NCBI GenBank assembly: GCA_046583315.1
Contig: JAYGCN010000346.1
Location: 1 to 10,829, forward strand
DNA from: Candidatus Hydrogenedentota bacterium
GTDB taxonomy: Bacteria; Hydrogenedentota; Hydrogenedentia; Hydrogenedentales; GCA-2746185
Direction of reading: 5' to 3'
DNA length: 10,829 nt
In this document: in pieces, positions 1-6,400 of the stretch
How the letters are laid out: each line of letters begins with the position of its first letter
Position numbering within the stretch: position 1 is the first letter of the stretch
Program-made: the position numbers and the translations under genes
The notes under the pieces: model-generated
Told to the model about the DNA's origin: nothing
Seen by the model: only the letters and a program-made list of their open reading frames with translations
Database searches by the model: none

Positions 1-132
1 CCCTTCACCAGCCTCCACGCCATCCGCGACGCCCACGAAATGATCCAGGCCGTCTGGCAAGCCGCCGTCACCCGCGAACGCGTCGACTTCCCCCTCGTAG
101 AACGCGAACATCCATTGAGAAACTGGACGTAG
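1..132 (+). CDS. 3' end (partial) of a probable Gfo/Idh/MocA family oxidoreductase
   Basis: Frame 1 is open from the window edge: PFTSLHAIRDAHEMIQAVWQAAVTRERVDFPLVEREHPLRNWT*, with TAG at 130-132. This resembles the ...EMI.AV......RV.LPL..R.HPL..W tail typical of this family. Codons are strongly C-ending. Not in the ORF track. Confidence 0.65.
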   Translation, partial: PFTSLHAIRDAHEMIQAVWQAAVTRERVDFPLVEREHPLRNWT

Positions 133-170
133 TACCACGAAACCGTGATCGAATACGAGGACGCTAGACG

Positions 171-899
171 ATGAAAACATTCAAGCGAATCATGCTCGTT
201 GCGGGCGGAATGTTACTCCTTTCTATACTTCTCGTGACTACCACCATCAACCTTCAGCAGAGTCGCCATGAATCCGAGGCGATCGCGATCCGGAATCATT
301 TCATGGAGCTGGACGTGCCGACTCACAAAGAGACCGCAATTGATGTTGAACCTGAAATCGATTCGCCAGAACAGGAACTTTCAGAGACAGACTCCCACGA
401 GCCCGAAACGCTACCACAAGATGGCCCGCCGCCCCTCGAACGTGTGCCCGATCGTAGCGTTCTTCAGGAAATGATTCCCGAGATGGACAACCGCGACTAC
501 TGGGAGGCACGCCTCACGTTGAGCGCCACGAGGATAACACGCGCCATACCGGGTTTGAATTCAGGGATAGACCCAAGTGCATTCTCGCTCGGCCAAAGGT
601 ATTTGGAAATCGGGGACTTCGACGAAGCAAAAGCCTATTTCTGGCAGGAGGTCGATTCGGAACACGAAGACTATCGATTATCCGCCCTTTTAGCACTCGC
701 CTATCTCGAGGAGGATCCGCGGGTCGTCGAGAAACTCCTGTACCAATCCTGCGAAGAAGATCACCTGAGTCATCTGGCGCACGCCGTAGAATTCTGCGAT
801 AAAGTCGGAAGCGATACACTGCGAGACTACTACGTACGACGCCTATTTGCCGCGTACCCCGAAGAAGCGGCCGAATTCATGAAGCGATTTGAACCATAG
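171..899 (+). CDS. Hypothetical membrane-anchored or exported protein with a TPR-like helical C-terminal region
   Basis: 242-aa ORF with GAGGA RBS at 157-161. Basic N-terminus plus hydrophobic helix (MKTFKRIMLVAGGMLLLSILLV), an acidic Pro-rich linker, and a TPR-like segment AFSLGQRYLEIGDFDEAKAYF. Confidence 0.75.
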   Translation: MKTFKRIMLVAGGMLLLSILLVTTTINLQQSRHESEAIAIRNHFMELDVPTHKETAIDVEPEIDSPEQELSETDSHEPETLPQDGPPPLERVPDRSVLQEMIPEMDNRDYWEARLTLSATRITRAIPGLNSGIDPSAFSLGQRYLEIGDFDEAKAYFWQEVDSEHEDYRLSALLALAYLEEDPRVVEKLLYQSCEEDHLSHLAHAVEFCDKVGSDTLRDYYVRRLFAAYPEEAAEFMKRFEP

Positions 900-914
900 A
901 TTACTCTTCATAAA

Positions 915-944
915 TGCAACCCTTATGCTCCGGTGTGAGTCCAA
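915..944 (+). promoter_or_regulatory. Possible ECF-sigma promoter for the serine hydrolase gene
   Basis: TGCAAC (915-920) and GTCCAA (939-944) resemble ECF-type -35 AAC and -10 GTC/TCnAA elements. RBS AGGAG at 962-966. Confidence 0.3.
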
Positions 945-974
945 ATATCCAGCAGACCAGTAGGAGAAGATATA

Positions 975-2060
975 GTGAAAATCACACGAAGAACATTTAT
1001 CGCCATGTCGAGCGCGTTGGTTGCAGCAGGCGTACATCAGACCGGCTCCTCCGAGCCCCCCACCAATGCCGACCATGATTCCTTGATCAAAAAGCTCATG
1101 GCTGAATACGAAGTCCCCGGACTCGCCCTAGCGATACTGACGAACGGACAGCTCACCTATCGACAAGCGCACGGCCTTGCAAATACTGAGACCGACACAC
1201 CCGTGACCGATGCGCCCGTGTTCGAAGCGGCATCCCTAACCAAACCCTTGATGGCCCAAGTCGCAATGCGATTGGTGCAAGATGGCGCGCTCAAACTCGA
1301 CCGACCCCTAGCAAAATATCTCAAATCCGATCACGACGTCGCCGACCCGAAACGATTCAGGCAGATCGCCGCACAGCACGTCTTGTCCCACTCCACCGGA
1401 CTTCCCAATTGGCACTCAAGTCGCCGACCTGTGCGCCAACGATTCCAGCCGGGCACGGAATACGCCTATTCCGGTATGGCCTTCGTGATACTGCAACGCG
1501 TTGTCGAGAAAATTGTTGATACACCGTTGCAGGAATATATGCAGGAAAACCTTTTCGATCCGCTGGGTATGGAAAGTGCCAGCCTCGTGTGGCGCGACGA
1601 TTACGAAACGCGACTCGCGCACGGGCATCTCAACACCGGCGCGTCCGGTCGCGGTAAAATGTCCGAAGCAAACGCGGCGAGCAGTCTCGTGTGCAACGCT
1701 GTGGACTACGCGAAAGTCGTAGAGAATCTCTTAGAGCAAGATGCAGGTACTCCTCTCGGGCTGGCTTCAAAAACAATGGACACGATGCTGACTCCGCAAA
1801 TCACCGCCGCCGAGAATATCGCGTGGGGCCTCGGCTGGGGAATACAACAATCCTCCTCCAGTGACACTTATTGGCACTGGGGCAACAACGGCGGCCGCTA
1901 CATGTCCTTCGTCGTGTAGAGTCGCGACGCCAAAAACGGAGCCATTGTCATGACCAACTCCGGCAATGGCATGAAGCTCTGCCATGAACTGATTCCCAAA
2001 CTTATGGACACCGAGCATCCCGCTTTCAACTGGGACCGCGTCATCCCCAGGCCCCGTTGA
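975..2060 (+). pseudogene. Tat-exported serine hydrolase (beta-lactamase-related, class C / peptidase S12 fold) with an internal in-frame TAG at 1917-1919; ORF 975-1919 is the truncated product
   Basis: GTG start after AGGAG; twin-arginine signal TRRTFI; SxxK in FEAASLTK (Ser 1233); LSHSTGL; F.PG..Y.YSG (Tyr 1467); HWG (1875). After the TAG the same frame continues SRDAKNGAIVMTNSGNGMKLCHELIPKLMDTEHPAFNWDRVIPRPR* to TGA 2058-2060, supplying the family's conserved G..vMTN final strand and helix. Confidence 0.8.
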
Positions 2061-2085
2061 TGGCGGCAAGAATTCACTGTATAGT
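2057..2085 (+). promoter_or_regulatory. Putative sigma70 promoter for the Ntn hydrolase gene
   Basis: TTGATG (2057-2062), 17 bp spacer, TATAGT (2080-2085). GGAGA RBS at 2096-2100 before TTG 2107. Confidence 0.5.
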
Positions 2086-2106
2086 GCGTAGAAACGGAGA
2101 CTGATT

Positions 2107-3240
2107 TTGAAGCGTCTACTACTTACACTGTCCTGTTGCGTCTTGCTGGTTCCACAGGCACAGGCGTGCTCCATTTTTACGGTCGTTCGGGATGGCCAGG
2201 TGTTGATGGGGAATAATGAGGACTACATCTTGCCCGGCGTTGTGTGGTTTGTACCCCCATCCGATGGGAACTATGGCCGCGTCAATGTTGGCTTCGACGA
2301 CGACTTCGCGCAGGGCAGCATGAATGAGAAGGGCTTGAGCTTCGATGGGGCTGCGCTGCAGAAGGTGGCATGGAAACCCGATCCCGACAAACCCACACCG
2401 GATAATCTCATCGAAATCATCATGAACAAATGCGCGACCGTTGAGCAAGCCGTTCGCTATTTCGAAGGTCAGAACTGCACTTTCCTTGCCAATTCTCAAA
2501 TTATGTTTGCCGATGCCACTGGCGACTCAGCCGTGATCACCTGGCTGCCCGAAAAGGGATTGTCCGTCGTACACATTGAAGGCGATCATCAGGTTGTCAC
2601 GAACGACCGATTGGAACAATCCGGTTATCGCGATCAACGATTCGTGCGTGTCGAGCAGGTGTTGGCGAAACGATCCGATGCTTCTCTGGAAACCATGGCC
2701 GCCGTGATGAACTCGGTTCATCAGCGCGGTCCCGGGGGATTCACGAGCTACTCCACAGTATACGATCTCAAAAATCGGAAGATGTTTATCTACAATCTTG
2801 CGAACTATGACGAGGTTGTAGAATTTGATCTGGCCGAAGAACTCAAGAAAGGGAAGAAGCTTTACAAAATGCGGACCCTGTTCGAGAATAGTCCCCGACT
2901 GCGCAGCATCAAAAAAGGTGAGCAACGGACAACCTTCGACACGCGCGTCAGTCTGCCAAACGATATTCTCGATCGCTACGTTGGCGAATACGTTCCCGAT
3001 GGTGCACCAGATGTGCGACTCCGGGTAGAACGCAGGGGCGACGAATTGCGCGTTATCAATCCCGGCCAACCGGAAGCCGAATTGTTCGCGGAGGGCGACT
3101 CACTTTTTCGCATTAAGCCCGACCGTGGCCAACTCTCCTTCACACTCGATACCCAAGGCAATGTCACCGGCCTCACGCTCCACCGTAAAATCGACCTCCA
3201 TGCGACCCGCGTACCTCTGTCTGAGGGAAAAGTACAATAG
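2107..3240 (+). CDS. Secreted Ntn-hydrolase (linear amide C-N hydrolase / penicillin V acylase-choloylglycine hydrolase / C45-like) with a C-terminal DUF3471-like domain
   Basis: Sec signal ending AQA directly followed by Cys (2167, N-terminal nucleophile, CSIF). Motifs GNNED, GSMNEKGL and VVTN. The C-terminal ~95 aa (LDRYVGEY...GQP..ELFAEG...F...GQLSF..D..G.VTGLTLH) resemble DUF3471. Confidence 0.85.
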   Translation: MKRLLLTLSCCVLLVPQAQACSIFTVVRDGQVLMGNNEDYILPGVVWFVPPSDGNYGRVNVGFDDDFAQGSMNEKGLSFDGAALQKVAWKPDPDKPTPDNLIEIIMNKCATVEQAVRYFEGQNCTFLANSQIMFADATGDSAVITWLPEKGLSVVHIEGDHQVVTNDRLEQSGYRDQRFVRVEQVLAKRSDASLETMAAVMNSVHQRGPGGFTSYSTVYDLKNRKMFIYNLANYDEVVEFDLAEELKKGKKLYKMRTLFENSPRLRSIKKGEQRTTFDTRVSLPNDILDRYVGEYVPDGAPDVRLRVERRGDELRVINPGQPEAELFAEGDSLFRIKPDRGQLSFTLDTQGNVTGLTLHRKIDLHATRVPLSEGKVQ

Positions 3241-3430
3241 CCCCGGGCATGCCTCTTTAGCCCTAATTATCGGTACCCCACCCTTCCCCGATCCTCTATG
3301 TGTATAGATCCGATCCGTTGCAGCGCGTCGTCGCAGTCGTAAATATGACGAAATTATCTGCTCCACGAAACAATGGGTATTGAACGCTCAACAGTGTCAA
3401 TTATTCGTATTTTTAGCATAAATAAATAGC

Positions 3431-3459
3431 TTGCAGTTTTACGTAATAACAAATACACT
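3431..3459 (+). promoter_or_regulatory. Putative sigma70 promoter for the large surface-protein gene
   Basis: TTGCAG (3431-3436), 17 bp spacer, TACACT (3454-3459), preceded by an AT-rich UP-like tract (3400-3430). Confidence 0.5.
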
Positions 3460-3485
3460 AAGTCCTAGAGTTACGTTAAAACTTT

Positions 3486-6400
3486 ATGTATGTTAAGGCG
3501 GGATTGAGTATGCGCGCAAATACTTCATTACTTATGATGCGTTTCCGGGGAATCATCGACAGTTCTCGCCGTGCAGTTTTCCATCGACTTCTATCATTAC
3601 TCGTATGCATCGTGTTGCTGCTGCTCACCCCGTCCGCCTTCGCCGCGATTGTGTACGTGGACATCGACAACACTTCGGGTTCCAAAAACGGATCCACCTG
3701 GTCCACCGCCTACACCTCCATCCAAACCGCCATCGACAACGCCAACCCCGGCGACGAAATCTGGGTCGCGCAGGGCGTGTATGAAGAAATGGTCATTCCC
3801 GTTTCGGACTTGGAGATGTACGGTGGCTTCATTGGAAGCGAATCTATCTTGGCGGCGCGCGATCTTTCGATTCATATCACTGAAGCGCGCGGGTTGAGTG
3901 TCGACGGGACCACAAATTTGACGGTGGATGGATTTCGGTTTCGACGTGACTTTGCCTATCCTGCCGGTATCGCAACAGACGTTTTTTCATGCGATGCCAG
4001 CAATGTAATTCAAAACTGCACGTTTCTGACCAGCATTTCGGTATCCGGCTCGCCGCAATTTCATCGCTCAACATTTACAGGCCCTAACAGAGTAATCAAT
4101 CTGGGCGTATCTCCCGATATCGGACCGACGTTTGAGAGTTGCACGTTTTCCTCGAATGAACACTGGGGGGCGTGGAACGACACCTTGCTCGTTTCTACTG
4201 ACGGCTCTCTTACCGTAATCAATTGTCTATTTTCGGGAGGAAACTGGGAAACGAGTTTCATTAATAACGATAGCGATGTTCTGTTTTCTAACTGCGTATT
4301 CGAGCATGGCGGCATTCGGGGGCAATCCGGAACAATCGTCATACGCAATAGCATTTTTTCAGAAAGTAGCGATGTTGCGATCCGCGAACACTTCGGACGT
4401 GAGAATATTAGCCTTGAAAACTGTTTGTTTTACAACAACCTGCTGGGCGACTATTATGATATTGAAGAGGATAGATATTTGCGTGGTCCGGCCGAACTCA
4501 ATGCGCTTCCTCACGCTTCCGGAAACGTATCAGGTAATCCACACTTTGTACGATACGACTCGGGTAGCTGGACATCACCTTCCATTAAAACGAGCGCGGA
4601 TGGATTCTACAATGTTGTAAATGTATTGACCGATTCAACAGCTTCCTTTATTCCCGGCTCATTGGTTGGGAAATTTGTGTTGCCCAAACGTGATTACACC
4701 TACTATCTCAGAGTGGACACCAGTTTTTCAGTGGGCGCGCTGATCATAGAAAACACTGAAACGACTCTTACGGTAGCGAGCAATTTCAACTTCATCGACT
4801 ACAACCTGCCGGGATCTCCCACCTTTGTAGATCGATACCCACCGCACTTAGAGAGTATGCTGTTCGTAGATGCGCCCAGAGTCTCTGCTGGTGATCGGTA
4901 CGAGATTTATGATCTTCGTCCGGGACAACGCTCGATGGCGATTGATCGGGGTAGCAATAATGGTGCTCCGTCGCTCGATTTCGAGGGAAATGCACGTCCT
5001 TTCGGCAACAGTGTGGATATCGGTGCGTTTGAATGGGGGATGGGCGACTCGGATCAAGACGGCATTGTCGATTCTCTGGATGAAGACGACGATAACGACG
5101 GAGTCACTGATGTGGATGAGATCGCAATCTACGGTAGTAATCCGAACGATCCGGATACGGATGATGACGGTCTTTGGGACGGGATCGAGCAGGCGATAGG
5201 GACGAGCCTCATCGACAGTGACAGCGACGGAGACGGATTTACCGACGGATTCGAAATAGAGATCGGAAAGAATCCACGCAATTCGGCCAGCAAACTGGAT
5301 CGGCTGTACGTCAGTGTTGGTGGGACCGGAAGAGGAACATCCTGGCAGGATGCAATGCCCTATATTGGTACGGCAATGCGACTCTCGTCGTCAGCAAGGG
5401 TACCCGTGTGGGTATCCTCTGGAAACTACAACGAGGTCGTAGACTTTCTATCGCACGCGCGCCTGTACGGCGGATTCAGGGGAGATGAAACACGTTTCAT
5501 GGAACGCGACACGGAAGAAAATATTGCGACAATTGATAGTCTGGATTTCTCGAGAGTGAATGTTGTCATGCGTGACGTCATCGGTGCCACGCTTGATGGT
5601 TTTCATCTCACCGGAACACTAACTGGGCAGCTTTCAAGTTCCCACGATAGAAAGTCCTTCGGCTTTATCGCATTTGACTCCGATTCAAGTAACAGCGTTC
5701 TGAATTGCCGATTCAGTGGCGAATTGGATGTCGCGCTTGCCGCCTTTGGCTCTGCGCCCAAGATTAACACGTGCGTATTCGAAAATATTGGCAACAACAT
5801 TTATGGTTTGGAAATGGGCTCCACTATATCCGATTGCTCATTTCGAGATTCCAGAGCATATGCTTCCTATGCGATGTTGGCATATGGAAGCGATCTGATT
5901 ATTTCAAATTGTAATTATACAGGAAGAAACATGGGGTTCTTATTTTTTCGTACCAAGGCGACAATAAGAGATTCCGTATTTGTTCCAACGAAGTTGTCAT
6001 ACACTACTTGGTATCACAATTTTACTGATTCAGAAGTGGAGTTTGAAAACTGTTACTTCAGCGGGAATGCAGGCCTTTCTCTATTTGATATTAATAGAGT
6101 TGAAGAGGGGCATGACTATTTAAGTCTGAAATTTTGCACCATTGTCGATGGTACGATACGGGATGACTTTAATCAGGCGGACCATCCGGTAAGCATCATA
6201 AACCTTCGTACCGATTACGGCGTAGCGTATACGATAGACATATCCAATTGTCTGTTCGGAAACATCATGTCCTGGCTGATTATTGGAAATTGGGATATTG
6301 TGGACGAAGAATTTACTTTTAACAATTCACTTTTTTCTGGACGAACTGAGAAAATGCTAGGCAATTTTACGTCGAACATTGAGTCTTTCAATATGATGCC

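Noticed and set aside
1917..1919. Genome-wide TAG reassignment
   Set aside because: TAG terminates genes at 132, 899, 3240 and 8471 at sensible protein ends, and no other internal TAG is seen.
975..2060. Calling the serine hydrolase ampC or a resistance gene
   Set aside because: Motifs are YSG and HWG rather than the class C YxN and KTG. The family includes many esterases and peptidases, and the gene is interrupted.
3242..3298. Polylinker-like cluster (CCCGGG, GCATGC, TCGGTACCC, GATCCTCTA)
   Set aside because: Only short separated matches to a pUC-type MCS, with the wrong order and spacing and no other vector sequence; treated as chance.
3328..3368. Nested imperfect hairpin (TCGT/GCAG/TCGT...ACGA/CTGC/ACGA) as a riboswitch or ribozyme
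   Set aside because: Only 4-bp helices with large bulges, no recognisable aptamer or hammerhead CUGANGA core, and it lies upstream of the predicted promoter.
3380..3400. TTGAACGCTCAA as an FNR box, and minus-strand TTGACA as a divergent promoter
   Set aside because: The palindrome does not fit TTGAT-N4-ATCAA, and there is no acceptable -10 at 16-18 bp on the minus strand.
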